This document shows, in pieces, positions 31,861 through 42,171 of a DNA stretch of 64,000 bases (position 1 is its first letter; every line of letters begins with the position of its first letter). Source of the DNA: Trueperaceae bacterium (GTDB lineage: Bacteria > Deinococcota > Deinococci > Deinococcales > Trueperaceae); contig JAXHLW010000013.1 of NCBI GenBank assembly GCA_034521815.1, positions 1,216,001 through 1,280,000 on the forward strand, written 5' to 3'. The notes under the pieces were generated by a model. It had not been told where the DNA came from, ran no database searches, and worked only from the letters and a program-made list of their open reading frames with translations. Position numbers and translations under genes: made by a program.

Positions 31861-32624
31861 GCGACCTCCACGATGACGACGGTGACGTTGTCGGGGCCGC
31901 CACGCTCGTTCGAGAGCGCGATGAGCGAGTCGACCGCCGTCTGAGGATCCGGACCGCGCCGGATCTCGTCGAGGATCTCGTCCGACTCGACCAGGCCGTG
32001 AAGGCCGTCGGTCGCGATCGCCAGCACGTCGCCCGAGCGAACGTCGAGCGTGGCCGTGTCGGGAGCCACCTGCGGCCGGGTTCCGAGCGCACGGGTGATC
32101 AGGTTCCGGAGCTCGTGGCCGCGCGCCTCGTCCTCGCTCAGGACGCCCTTCTCGACCTGCTCCTCGACCCAGCTGTGGTCCTTCGTCAGCTGATAGATGC
32201 GAGGCTCCCGGACGAGCCATGCGCGCGAATCGCCGACGTGCCCCACGTAGCCTTCGTTGCCCTCGAGCGCGATGCACGTCAGGGTCGTGCCCATTCCCCG
32301 CGATCCGCGTCGGCTCAACGCGGCGGTGTGCACGCGGCGATTCGCGAGGCGGATCGCCTTCTCCAGCAACGACTCGAGCCCGACGACGTGACGTCCGTCG
32401 TCGCGCTCGTCGACGTAGCGGCGGAGCGTCTCGTCGAGCGCCTCGATCGCGATCTTGCTGGCGACCTCGCCGGCCGCGGCGCCGCCCATGCCGTCCGCCA
32501 CCGCGATCACCGTCAGCTCGTTCCCGATGGTGCGCGGGAAACGCCAGACGCGATGGTAGTCCTCGTTCAGCGGGCGAACGCGTCCGGCGTCCGAGCCGTG
32601 GCCGACGCGAAGGAAGGTGGGCAC
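31857..32624 (-). CDS. PP2C/Stp1-type Ser/Thr phosphatase
   Basis: GRVRPLNED, VADGMGG, GMGTT, HVGDSR, TDGL, GGPDNVT. Confidence 0.93.
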
Positions 32625-32703
32625 GGCGCCAGTGTATCGTCTCGGCGCGATCCCCGTTCGGCATCGAACGCCGCGGCCCGCCCGTGCCTCGACCTGGTAG
32701 GCG

Positions 32704-33324
32704 TCAGTTGCCGCCGTGACGGGGCCGCTTGAGCGTCTCCAGGTAGGGATAGTCCGCGAGCATGCCGCGCAGGCGCACGAACAGCTCGACCGCGGCGTCG
32801 CGTTCCGCGGGAACCTCGCGTAGCCGGACGTAGGCGGTATCGCCGGAGGCGAAGCCGAACGTGGGCGTGCCGAACACGTGCTCGGCCTCGCCCCGGTGAT
32901 GCTCGCGCGCCAGGCGCGTACGCGCTTCGGGATCGGCCAGGTCGCGCTCGAAGCAGGCGAGGTGCAGCCGCGCCTCCTCGGCCACCTCCATCACCGTCGA
33001 CAGGTGGAACGGCCGGTGACCTAAGTGCCGCGCCCGCAACAGCGCCATTCGAAACAGGTCGTGCTGCTCAGGGCCTTGGTTGCGTGCAGCGGTCGACGCC
33101 AGGAACGGAAGCAACCCCATCGTTCCTCGGTCGTCACGCTCGCTCAGGCGCTCGTTCCAGAGCTGCCAGTCGTCGCCGCTCGGTCGGTTCGCCTGGTACA
33201 GGCTGAAGTGGCTCCACTCGAATCGCAGGCCCAGGGGCTCCGCCACCGACGCCGACAGCACCGCCGCACGCCAGGCGAAGGGGCAGAGGTAGTCGAAGTA
33301 CACCGTGACCGGCTCCGGAAGCAT
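32704..33324 (-). CDS. DsbA/FrnE-like thioredoxin-fold protein (CPFA, single Cys)
   Basis: VYFDYLCPFAW and VFGTPTF (cis-Pro loop). Confidence 0.8.
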   Translation of the reverse strand: MLPEPVTVYFDYLCPFAWRAAVLSASVAEPLGLRFEWSHFSLYQANRPSGDDWQLWNERLSERDDRGTMGLLPFLASTAARNQGPEQHDLFRMALLRARHLGHRPFHLSTVMEVAEEARLHLACFERDLADPEARTRLAREHHRGEAEHVFGTPTFGFASGDTAYVRLREVPAERDAAVELFVRLRGMLADYPYLETLKRPRHGGN

Positions 33325-33402
33325 GGCGGCATTGAACCCTGGAGGACCTGCCGGAGAGGTCGCCCCCCCGACGGACCGCGCGCCGTCCGTCCGCTCCGGC
33401 GC

Positions 33403-33705
33403 TCAGTTCGGGTCGTCCTCGCCGCGCGCGCCGGGCGCGATTCCGGTGCCGGAGGAAGCGGAGGCGTCCAGCGTTCGCCGCAGCGTCCGTGCCAGCGCGT
33501 CGGCCTGCGCCCGGGGAAGAACCACGCGCGACACGACCTGGGGCTTGTGATGCGGCAGCGCGGCGACGAAATCGAGGACCACCTCGTGCCTGCCGTGCGT
33601 GACCACGGTCGCGTTCGCGTAGCGGCCGCGGGCCGTGTCCGCGTCGAGGTTCAGCTCGACACGCGGACGCGTCTTTCCGTGCTCGTCTTGCGGGTCGTCG
33701 CTCAC
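33403..33705 (-). CDS. DUF3467 family protein
   Basis: ARGRYANATVVTHGRHEVVLDF...VVSRVVLP pattern. Confidence 0.75.
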   Translation of the reverse strand: MSDDPQDEHGKTRPRVELNLDADTARGRYANATVVTHGRHEVVLDFVAALPHHKPQVVSRVVLPRAQADALARTLRRTLDASASSGTGIAPGARGEDDPN

Positions 33706-34079
33706 GCCGCGGTCGCCTCGGCGAGATCGGCCGCGGTCCGACGCAACGCCAGGCGCGCTCGACCGAGGTCGGCGATGTCGTCGAGCACCATCACGGCCAC
33801 ATGGTTGTCCGCCGGCGCGGCGAGCGGGGCCAGCAGAACGGGGCCGCGCTCGTACTCGATCGTCGCCTGGCGCAGCTCGCCGTCGCCGAACAGCTCGGCG
33901 AGCGCGCGGCTGGACGCCAGGCTTCCCGCGATCAGACCGGCGATCAGGCCGGAGGCCTCGTCCGCGTCCGCGCCGTCACGTCCGACCGTCTCGACGACGA
34001 ACCCGTCGAGACTCGCGATCGCGACGCTGCGAACCCCGCGCGTGACGACGAGCTCCTCGAGGCGTTCGCGAAGCGTCAT
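33702..34079 (-). CDS. Roadblock/LC7 (MglB-like) protein
   Basis: GVRSVAIASLDGFVVE, QATIEYERG, LGRARL. Confidence 0.85.
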   Translation of the reverse strand: MTLRERLEELVVTRGVRSVAIASLDGFVVETVGRDGADADEASGLIAGLIAGSLASSRALAELFGDGELRQATIEYERGPVLLAPLAAPADNHVAVMVLDDIADLGRARLALRRTAADLAEATAA

Positions 34080-34462
34080 GCGAGCGCCGCCTCGATGCCC
34101 GGAATCGCGGCGTGCACGGCCTCGCGGACGCCCGCGGGCTCGCTGTCCCCCGCGACGACGAGCACCACGAACGAACGATCCTGGAGGCGGCGGATCAGGA
34201 CGGCCGCGTCGGCCGAGCGCAGCCACGCCTCCTCGACGGCGGCGGCGGCGAGCGCTTCGGTCGAGAGACGGTCCGCCGCGGCCAGCAGATCGGCCGCCTC
34301 CGCGCCCACCAGCGGCAGATCATCGACGGCGTCCGCCGCCGTGGCGACGTCCGATGCGGCCACGACCGATTCGATCAGCAGCCCGTCGCGGCCCACGACC
34401 GCAGCGACCCGTCCACCGGCCCGCGTCAGACAGTCGTGCAGCAACCGTTCCAGCTCGTCCAT
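34076..34462 (-). CDS. Roadblock/LC7 (MglB-like) protein
   Basis: AAVVGRDGLLIES; roadblock-sized alpha/beta pattern; ATGA coupling to the next gene. Confidence 0.75.
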   Translation of the reverse strand: MDELERLLHDCLTRAGGRVAAVVGRDGLLIESVVAASDVATAADAVDDLPLVGAEAADLLAAADRLSTEALAAAAVEEAWLRSADAAVLIRRLQDRSFVVLVVAGDSEPAGVREAVHAAIPGIEAALA

Positions 34463-34531
34463 AGAAATCCCAGTCTAGCACGGCGTCACGGGCGCGCCGA
34501 GGGCGACCTGGGGTCTGCTACGCTGCAGCGG

Positions 34532-35248
34532 ATGCAACTCCACGTTCATACCGCACCGGAGCGCCTGGCCCCCTACGTCCTGCTGCCCGGAGATCCGGGC
34601 CGCGCGACGTTCGTCGCCGAGACCTTCCTCGACGAGGCCGAGCTGACCACCGACAACCGTGGCCTGTTGGGCTACACCGGCCGCTACCGCGGGGTCCCCG
34701 TCAGCGTCCAGACCACCGGGATGGGCTGCCCGAGCCTGGCCATCGTGGTCGAGGAGCTGATCCGCCTGGGCGCCCACACGCTGGTCCGGATCGGCACCGC
34801 GGGCGTCGTCGCGGACCGCGTCGTGCCGGGCGACCTGATCGTCGCCGACGCGTCCGTCCCGAACGACGGCACGACCCGCCAGTACCTGGGAGGGGCGCCG
34901 TACGCTCCTGCGGCCTCGTTCGAGACGACCCGCGCGCTGGTGGACGCCAGCGCCGCGCACGGCGGGGCGCACGTGGGCCTGATCCGGACCGAGGACGCGT
35001 TCTACGCCACCGCGCCCGAGGACGTGCCCGCGATGGCCGCCCAGGGCGTGCTGGCGGTCGAGATGGAAGCCGCCGCGCTGTTCGTGCTCGGGCGGCTGCG
35101 CGACGTGCGGACCGGCTGCATGCTGGTCGCCAGCAACCGGATCGGCGATCCGTCGTTCGTGGAGCCGCAGATCCTGCGCTCCGGCGTCGAGCGCATGGTG
35201 CGCACGGCGCTCGACGCGTTCGTCGCGCTGGACGAGGCCGACCGGTGA
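34532..35248 (+). CDS. Purine/uridine nucleoside phosphorylase (PNP_UDP_1 family)
   Basis: LLPGDPGRA, TGMGCPS, RIGTAG, EDAFY, VEMEAA. Confidence 0.9.
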   Translation: MQLHVHTAPERLAPYVLLPGDPGRATFVAETFLDEAELTTDNRGLLGYTGRYRGVPVSVQTTGMGCPSLAIVVEELIRLGAHTLVRIGTAGVVADRVVPGDLIVADASVPNDGTTRQYLGGAPYAPAASFETTRALVDASAAHGGAHVGLIRTEDAFYATAPEDVPAMAAQGVLAVEMEAAALFVLGRLRDVRTGCMLVASNRIGDPSFVEPQILRSGVERMVRTALDAFVALDEADR

Positions 35249-36102
35249 ACGTGACCGTCGTCGGTGCCGGCACGATGGGCGCCGGCATCGCGCAAGCCTG
35301 CCTCGTCGCCGGTCACCGCGTCACGCTGCACGACGCGCGCGACGAGGCGGCCGTCGCGGCGCGCTCCGTCCTGGAGAAGGGTCTCGCGCGTGCCGCGGCG
35401 AAGGACCGTCTGGGCGGGCGCGACCCGGAGACGCTGCTGGGTCGGCTCACGATTCGCTCGGGCGCTGCCGAAGACGCGGTGTCCGACGCCGACGTCGTGA
35501 TCGAGGCGGTGGTCGAGGATCCCGACCTCAAGGCCCGCCTGTGGTCCGCCGTCGCCGCAGCGGCGCCCGCCGAGGCGCTTCTCTGCACGAACACGTCCAG
35601 TCTGTCGGTCACGGCGCTCGCGACCGCCTCCGGTCGTCCAGGCCGCTTCTGCGGCCTTCACTTCTTCAACCCCGTCTCGGCGCTCCCGCTCGTCGAGGTG
35701 GTCAGGGGCGAAGCGACGCCCGAGGCCACCATGCGCGAGGCCGAGCGCTTCGCCGAGGGCCTCGGCAAGACGCCGGTCCGCTGCGAGGACCGGCCCGGGT
35801 TCCTCGTGAACCGGCTGCTGATCCCGTACCTGAACGAGGCGGCGCAGCTCGCGGACGAAGGCGTGGCCGATGCGGCCTCGATCGACACCGCCCTGCGGCT
35901 GGGCGCGAGCATGCCGATGGGTCCGCTGGCGCTGGCCGACCTGATCGGCCTGGACGTGGTGCTGGCCGTGATGGAGAACCTGCACGCCGAGCTCGGAGAG
36001 CCGCGCTACCGACCTGCGCCGATGCTGCGGCGGATGGTGCGCGCGGGCCGGCTGGGGCGCAAGTCCGGCCGAGGATTCCACGACTACGGAGGGGACGCAT
36101 GA
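35245..36102 (+). CDS. 3-hydroxyacyl/3-hydroxybutyryl-CoA dehydrogenase
   Basis: VGAGTMGAGIA, EAVVE, NTSSLS, HFFNP, PGFLVNR, GPLALADLIGLD. Confidence 0.92.
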   Translation: MNVTVVGAGTMGAGIAQACLVAGHRVTLHDARDEAAVAARSVLEKGLARAAAKDRLGGRDPETLLGRLTIRSGAAEDAVSDADVVIEAVVEDPDLKARLWSAVAAAAPAEALLCTNTSSLSVTALATASGRPGRFCGLHFFNPVSALPLVEVVRGEATPEATMREAERFAEGLGKTPVRCEDRPGFLVNRLLIPYLNEAAQLADEGVADAASIDTALRLGASMPMGPLALADLIGLDVVLAVMENLHAELGEPRYRPAPMLRRMVRAGRLGRKSGRGFHDYGGDA

Positions 36103-36944
36103 GCGACGACCCGAACGGCACGGACGAAACGCACGGCGCGGGCGACCCGGGCGAGCTGGCGGACAACACGGTGTTCGAGCACCTTCGCCTCGAAACCGAC
36201 GAGGGCGTCGCGTTTCTCACCTTGGACCGCGAGGAGGCGTTGAACGCCTTGAGCGGCGAGATGCTGCTGGAGCTGGGCATGGCGATCGAGCTGGTCGAGG
36301 CGGACATCGATGTCCGGGCGCTGGTGGTGTCGGGGGCGGGCCGCGGATTCTGCGCCGGCGCGGATCTGGCAGGCTTCGCCGATCTGGACGACGCGTTCTC
36401 CGGACGCGAAGCGGCGCTGGCCGGCCAGGACGTGATGAGCTCGCTGGCGGCGTTGCCGATCCCCACCGTGGCGGCGCTGCACGGCTTCGCGGCCGGAGGC
36501 GGCCTGGAGCTGGCGCTGGCGTGCGACCTGCGCGTCGCCGCGCCGGGTACCCGGCTGGGCCTGCCCGAGACGACGCGAGGGCTGATCCCCGGCTACGGCG
36601 GCACGCAGCGGCTTCCCCGCCTGATCGGCGAGGCGCGGGCGCTGGACCTGATCCTGACCGGTCGCCTGGTCCCGGCCGAGGAGGCGCTGAGTCTCGGCCT
36701 GGTGTCGCGCCTCGCAGACGACCCCGTCGCCGAGGCCGAAGCGTTGGCGCGCGGCATGCTGCGCAGCGCGCCGGTCGCGCTGGGACTCGCGAAGGAGGCG
36801 GTCGTTCGCGGCATGGACGGAACGCTTCCCCAGGGCCTCGAGGTCGAGGCCGACCTGTTCGGCCTCGTCGTCACGACCGACGATTCCGCCGAAGGCGTCC
36901 GCTCCTTCCTCGAGAAGCGCGATCCCGAGTTCGAAGGGCGCTGA
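36099..36944 (+). CDS. Enoyl-CoA hydratase/isomerase
   Basis: FCAGADL, GGGLELALACDLR, LPETTRGLIPGYGGTQRL. Confidence 0.92.
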   Translation: MSDDPNGTDETHGAGDPGELADNTVFEHLRLETDEGVAFLTLDREEALNALSGEMLLELGMAIELVEADIDVRALVVSGAGRGFCAGADLAGFADLDDAFSGREAALAGQDVMSSLAALPIPTVAALHGFAAGGGLELALACDLRVAAPGTRLGLPETTRGLIPGYGGTQRLPRLIGEARALDLILTGRLVPAEEALSLGLVSRLADDPVAEAEALARGMLRSAPVALGLAKEAVVRGMDGTLPQGLEVEADLFGLVVTTDDSAEGVRSFLEKRDPEFEGR

Positions 36945-36956
36945 GTCGGCTTCGGC

Positions 36957-37937
36957 ATGCCGTTCCGCATCCGCTTCACGCTCATCGTGCTCGCCTCTCT
37001 GCTCGCCGCGATCCTGGTGCTGCCTCTCGTCTGGCCCGTCCCGCCCCTCGAGGGAACACGCCCGGCCGCGGAGCTGGCCGAGGAGGACGCCGACTGGATC
37101 GACGCGGGCGCCCTGATGCTGCACGCCCGGATCGCCGGGCCGGACGACGCCGCGTCACCGGGGGCGGCGTTCCTCCACGGCTTCGGATCGAACCTCGAGA
37201 GCTTCGCCCCGCTCCAAGCCGGCCTGGCCGACCGGGTCCGCACGGTCGCGTGGGATCGGCCCGCCTTCGGGCTGACCGAGCGCGTCCTGAGCTGGCCGGA
37301 CGAGAACCCGTACGGTCCAGGCGCCCAGGTGGGGCACGTTCTGGTGGCGCTGGACGCCGCGGGCATCGACCGTGCGGTGCTGATCGGCCATTCGGCGGGC
37401 GGCGCGATCGCGCTCAGCGCAGCGCTGCGACACCCGGCGCGCGTCTCCGGCCTGGTCCTGATCGCGCCGGCGGTGTATCGCGGCGGGGGCGCGCCCGCCT
37501 GGTCGCGCTGGATGCTGGGCACGCCGCAGCTGGAGCGCATCGGGCCGGCGCTGATGCGTCAGCTGGGCGGCGAGCCCGGCGAGAGCCTTCTCCGCTCGTC
37601 GTACGCCGATCCTGCGCGCCTGGACCCAGGGGTGCTCGACGCCTACCGGCGTGCGACCCGGGCCGACGACTGGGACCGGGCGCTATGGGAGCTGGTCAAG
37701 GCCAGCCGCGAGCCCGACGTCGCCTCGCGCCTCGGCCAGGTACGAGTTCCCGTGCTCGTCGTCACCGGCCTCCAGGACCAGATCGTTCCGCCCGACCAGA
37801 CGCGCCGGCTCGCGCGCGAGCTGCCGTCCGCGACCCTGGTCGAGCTGCAGGGCTGCGGGCACGTACCCCAGGAGGAGTGCGCTGCAGAGCTTCTGAGCGC
37901 CGTCCAGAGCTGGTGGAGCGACGAGCTGGACCGCTGA
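36957..37937 (+). CDS. Alpha/beta hydrolase with N-terminal membrane anchor
   Basis: HGFG, DRPAFG, GHSAGG, D(QIVP), GHVPQEE. Confidence 0.88.
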   Translation: MPFRIRFTLIVLASLLAAILVLPLVWPVPPLEGTRPAAELAEEDADWIDAGALMLHARIAGPDDAASPGAAFLHGFGSNLESFAPLQAGLADRVRTVAWDRPAFGLTERVLSWPDENPYGPGAQVGHVLVALDAAGIDRAVLIGHSAGGAIALSAALRHPARVSGLVLIAPAVYRGGGAPAWSRWMLGTPQLERIGPALMRQLGGEPGESLLRSSYADPARLDPGVLDAYRRATRADDWDRALWELVKASREPDVASRLGQVRVPVLVVTGLQDQIVPPDQTRRLARELPSATLVELQGCGHVPQEECAAELLSAVQSWWSDELDR

Positions 37938-38040
37938 GCGGACGGATCGCCGAGACGGAGCGCCCACCGATCCGCGTCGATCGGTCCGCGTCGATCGGTC
38001 CGCGCAAGGCCGCCGCACGACCGGGTGGTACGCTCGCGAC

Positions 38041-39099
38041 ATGGACTTCGACTACGACCTGCTGAGGAAGCTGTCCGAGACGCCGGGCGTCCCAGGGCGC
38101 GAGGAGCTGGTGCGCGAGCGGATCGTGGACGCGCTCGAAGGACTGGATCTCGACGTTCGGGTCGACGCGATGGGCAACCTGATCGCCGAGAGCGCAGGTC
38201 TCGAAGGCGCTCCGAAGGTCATGATCGCCGCGCACATGGACGAGATCGGCTTCATCGTGCGGCACGTCGGCGACGACGGCTTCCTTCGGGTGCAGAACCT
38301 CGGCGGGTTCGACCGTCGCAACCTGTTCGCCCGCCAGGTGCTGGTCCACGCCCGGTCGGGCGAGCCGCGCATCGGCGTGCTCCACCCTGCGACGAAGCCC
38401 GTCCACATCGCGACGGACGACGAGAAGAAGAAGATCCCCGAGATGGCCGACTTCGCCGTCGATCTCGGGCTGGACGCCGAGACCGTGAGGCGCGAGGTCC
38501 GGATCGGCGACATGGTCACGCTGCTGCAGCCGTTCCAGGACCTGGGGCCGGTCGTCGTCGGCAAGGCGCTCGACGATCGCAGCGGCTGCTGGGTGCTGGT
38601 GGAGACGCTGCGCCGCGTGCGCGAGCCCGCCTGCCGGATCCAAGCGGTGTTCACCGTGCAGGAGGAGGTCGGCCTGCGCGGCGCCGCGACGGGAGCGTAC
38701 GGACTGGCTCCCGACGTGGGGATCGCCCTGGACACGACGTTGGCCGTCGACACCCCCGGCACGCCGGCCCACGAGGCGATCACCAGGCTCGGTGACGGCG
38801 TCGGCATCAAGGTGTCGGACAGCTCGACCGTCTCGCACGGCTGGCTGGTCGACCGGATGGCGGAGCTGGCCGATCGCGACGGGATTCCGCATCAGTTCGA
38901 GGTGCTCCCCCTGGGCGGCACCGATGCCGGAGCGATCCAGCGGAGCCGCGACGGGGTTCCCAGCGTGACGCTGTCGACGCCGTCGCGCTACGTCCACACC
39001 GTGACCGAGATGATCTCCAAGCGCGACGTCGAGGCCACGATCGCCCTCCTGACGGCGTTCCTCACCGACGAGCAGGCGCCCCTGGCGCCGAGCCGCTGA
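38041..39099 (+). CDS. M42 family metallopeptidase (second paralog)
   Basis: AHMDEIG, KALDDR, VQEEVG, ALDTT, GGTDAG, RYVHT. Confidence 0.92.
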   Translation: MDFDYDLLRKLSETPGVPGREELVRERIVDALEGLDLDVRVDAMGNLIAESAGLEGAPKVMIAAHMDEIGFIVRHVGDDGFLRVQNLGGFDRRNLFARQVLVHARSGEPRIGVLHPATKPVHIATDDEKKKIPEMADFAVDLGLDAETVRREVRIGDMVTLLQPFQDLGPVVVGKALDDRSGCWVLVETLRRVREPACRIQAVFTVQEEVGLRGAATGAYGLAPDVGIALDTTLAVDTPGTPAHEAITRLGDGVGIKVSDSSTVSHGWLVDRMAELADRDGIPHQFEVLPLGGTDAGAIQRSRDGVPSVTLSTPSRYVHTVTEMISKRDVEATIALLTAFLTDEQAPLAPSR

Positions 39100-39109
39100 A
39101 CGGAGTCCC

Positions 39110-39848
39110 GTGGTCCTCGGCCTGATCAGCGACGTGCACGCGAACCTGATCGCGCTGGACGCAGCGCTTCAGGCGATGCGCAGGGCCGGCGCGGAGCAGG
39201 TGGTGTGCCTCGGCGACCTGGTCGGCTACGGTCCGGCGCCGAACGAGACCGTCGAGCGGATCCGCGAGGAAGGGCTGCTGTGCACGCTGGGCGCGGCCGA
39301 CGAGCGTATCGCGTTCGACTTCGCTCGTACCGCCGTGCCCCGCAAAGGCGTCGGCGACGCGACGCTCGAATGGACACGGGAGGTGCTGGAGCCGCAGCAC
39401 GTCGCCTGGCTGCGCCAGCTTCCCGTGCAGCGCCGGCTGGCGACGCCCGCCGGGCGCCTGCGGGCGTTCCACGGCACGGCCGAGGATCCAGGCGACCGGA
39501 CCGATCTGCACCGCGATCCTCAGCAGCTCGCCCGGCTTCTCGACCGGCACCGCTGCAGCATCCTGGCCAGCGGCGGAACGCACGTGCCGTACCAGCGTCG
39601 GATCGGCGACCGCGTCGCCGTGAACCCGGGCTCGGTCGGGCTGTCCCTGAACGGCGAGCCCGGCGCCGACTACGCGCTGTTGCGGATCGACGAGGGCGGC
39701 ATCGACGTGCGCATGGACAAGGTCGAGTACGACGTCGCGGCGGTGGCCTTCGACATCATCGCCTGGGGCCTGCCTCCCGTCGTCGCCGAGGCGATCCAGC
39801 GAGGACGCATGCCCGCCGAAGAACGACGAAGACGACGTCACCACCTGA
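39110..39848 (+). CDS. Calcineurin-like metallophosphoesterase with degenerate motifs; probable 3' frameshift (as sequenced the ORF runs to 40117)
   Basis: SDVHAN, LGDLVGYG, LGAAD, FHG, GGTH, NPGSVG; removing C39824 gives ...EEDEDDVTT-TGA(39846-48). Confidence 0.75.
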
Positions 39849-39864
39849 CGCGGAAGCCCGCCGC

Positions 39865-41049
39865 TCAGTCCTGCGTCTCGGCCTCCAGCCCCAGCGCCAG
39901 CGCCTCGCCGCCGCCGATGCAGATCGCCGCGACGCCTTTGCGGCCGCCCGAGAGCCGCAGCGCGTTCAGGAGCGTCACGACGATACGCGTGCCCGACGCC
40001 CCGATCGGGTGTCCCAGCGCCACGGCGCCGCCCAGCACGTCGACCTTGTCGTCCGGCAGCTCGAACGTCTTCATCGCCGCCATCGTGACGACCGCGAACG
40101 CCTCGTTGATCTCGTAGCGATCGACCTCGTCGGGCGACCACCCCAGCCGATCGAACAGCGTGCGCAGCGCGCCCAGCGGCGCCGTCGTGAAGCGGACGGG
40201 CTCCTGGGCGTGGGAGCTCCAGCCCGTCAGGCTCGCCAGGATCGGCAGGCCCCGGCGCTCCGCCTCCTCGCGCGACAGGACGACCACCGCTGCCGCCCCG
40301 TCGTTGATCGTCGACGCGTTCGCCGCGGTCACCGTCCCATCCTTCTCGAACGCGGGCCGCAGGGTCGCGATGCGATCGAACTTCACGGCCCAGGGCCCCT
40401 CGTCCTCCTCGACCACCGTCACCGCGCCCTTGCGGCCGGGCACCTCGACGGGCACGATCTCGTGCGCCGCCGCGCCGCTGCGGGTCGCCTCCTGCGCACG
40501 CCGGTAGGAGCGCTCGGCGAAGGCGTCCTGCGCGACGCGGTCGAACGCGTGCTCCGTCGCGCACAGCTCGGCGCAGCTCCCCATGTGGACGTCTTCGTAG
40601 ACGTCCCAGAGCCCGTCGTGCACCAGCGAGTCCACCATCTTCCCGTCGCCCAGGCGGAGTCCGGCCCGCACGCCCGGCACGAGGTAGGGCGCGTTGCTCA
40701 TCGACTCCATGCCACCGGCCACGACGATGCGGGCGTCGCCCACGGCGATCGCACGCGCCGCCTGCACGATCGTCTCCAGGCCGCTTCCGCACATCTTGTT
40801 GAGCGTGACCGTCGGCGTCGATACCGGCAGGCCGGCACGAATCGCGGCCTGACGGGCCGGCGCCTGGCCCTGCCCGGCCGAGAGGACGTTGCCCATCAGC
40901 ACCAGGTCCACGTCGGTCGCCTCGATGCCGGCTCGCTGGACGGCGCCCCGAATCGCGGCGGCCCCGAGCTCGGGGGCGGGCAGCGGGGCGAGGGCGCCCT
41001 GGAACGCGCCGATGGCGGTGCGCGCGGCGGATGCGATCACGATGTCCAT
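39865..41049 (-). CDS. Acetyl-CoA C-acyltransferase (thiolase)
   Basis: NKMCGSG, GGMESMS, NEAF, GHPIGASG, ICIGGG. Confidence 0.95.
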   Translation of the reverse strand: MDIVIASAARTAIGAFQGALAPLPAPELGAAAIRGAVQRAGIEATDVDLVLMGNVLSAGQGQAPARQAAIRAGLPVSTPTVTLNKMCGSGLETIVQAARAIAVGDARIVVAGGMESMSNAPYLVPGVRAGLRLGDGKMVDSLVHDGLWDVYEDVHMGSCAELCATEHAFDRVAQDAFAERSYRRAQEATRSGAAAHEIVPVEVPGRKGAVTVVEEDEGPWAVKFDRIATLRPAFEKDGTVTAANASTINDGAAAVVVLSREEAERRGLPILASLTGWSSHAQEPVRFTTAPLGALRTLFDRLGWSPDEVDRYEINEAFAVVTMAAMKTFELPDDKVDVLGGAVALGHPIGASGTRIVVTLLNALRLSGGRKGVAAICIGGGEALALGLEAETQD

Positions 41050-41059
41050 GATGGCGAGT

Positions 41060-41986
41060 CTACCGCCGGAAGGTCACCTCGACCGCGGCGCCTTGCCAGC
41101 GGATCGTCAGCGGAAGATCGAGGCGCGTCCCGGTGGGCAGCCAGGCGACGGCGATCCACGGGGCGCCCGGACCGACGGCGTCGGCGCTTCCCGCGAGCGT
41201 CTCGTGCCGGGCTCCGGTCGCGAGCAGCTCGCGACCGCCGGCCGACAGCGAAATCCCCTCCAGCGACGCGCCGGCCGTGCGCGAGGTCCCGATGATCAGC
41301 AGCGCGCGCGCCGCGCCGGCTTCCGCGAGGGCCTCGTCGACCACGGTCCGTAGCTCGGGCGCGAGCAGGGGCACGAGCGCCAGGTCGGTCGCCCATACGG
41401 CGACGTCGCTGACGCCGTCCTCGTCCGGCTCGGACACGATCTCGACCGCCACCGCACCCGGAGCGGGTCGCAGGACGGTCGCCCTCGGGTCGTCGCTCGC
41501 CGTCCGCGCGGGAGGCTGGACGTGAAGCGTCCAGACGCGCCCGCGAGCGTCTCTCACGGTTCGCGGACCGGTACGGACCAGCCCGAACGGCGCCCCGGCG
41601 TCCAGCGGTAGCCACCAGCCGTCGGGACGACGCTCGGCCGGAGCGGACAGCGAGGTCTCCCCCGCACGCAGGCCCGCCGCCGTGCCGTCCACGGAGCCGT
41701 CGAACAGGGTAAGGGTGACGCCTTCGGTGCGAAGGACCAGCACCGACCCGTCCGCCACGACCTCCGCCCCCACGACGTGGGCGAGCCTGTCGGCCCGGAC
41801 CCACGGCTGCGGCGCGCCGGGCAGCGCCTGCAGCACGCCGGCCGTCGCGTCGGTCTCCTGCTGCGCCGCCGCCCAGGGCGCCCCGAGCCCGACGAGCAGC
41901 GTCAGGATCGCGGCCAGCAGACACGGCGTGCAGAGCGACGTACGGAGCGTCGTGCAGAGCGTCGTGCAGAGCGAACGGTCGCGCAT
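41060..41986 (-). CDS. Hypothetical secreted protein
   Basis: Signal peptide ...LLAAILTLLVGLGAPWAAA-QQ; TAGCCT 7 nt before the ATG; N-terminal 4-aa repeats. Confidence 0.6.
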   Translation of the reverse strand: MRDRSLCTTLCTTLRTSLCTPCLLAAILTLLVGLGAPWAAAQQETDATAGVLQALPGAPQPWVRADRLAHVVGAEVVADGSVLVLRTEGVTLTLFDGSVDGTAAGLRAGETSLSAPAERRPDGWWLPLDAGAPFGLVRTGPRTVRDARGRVWTLHVQPPARTASDDPRATVLRPAPGAVAVEIVSEPDEDGVSDVAVWATDLALVPLLAPELRTVVDEALAEAGAARALLIIGTSRTAGASLEGISLSAGGRELLATGARHETLAGSADAVGPGAPWIAVAWLPTGTRLDLPLTIRWQGAAVEVTFRR

Positions 41987-42171
41987 CGGCCGGAGGCTAG
42001 CACGCTGCGAGCGACCTCCGTGCGGCGTCCGACGGTGCGCGCTACGCCTGCGCGGTACGATCAAAGTACGTTCATACGCACGCGCTGCACGGACGCGCCG
42101 ACCCGACGGGGGCTTCACGAGACCGAGGCCCACGCGGACACGCCAAGCGTCGAGCGCGGAAGGAGACATCG

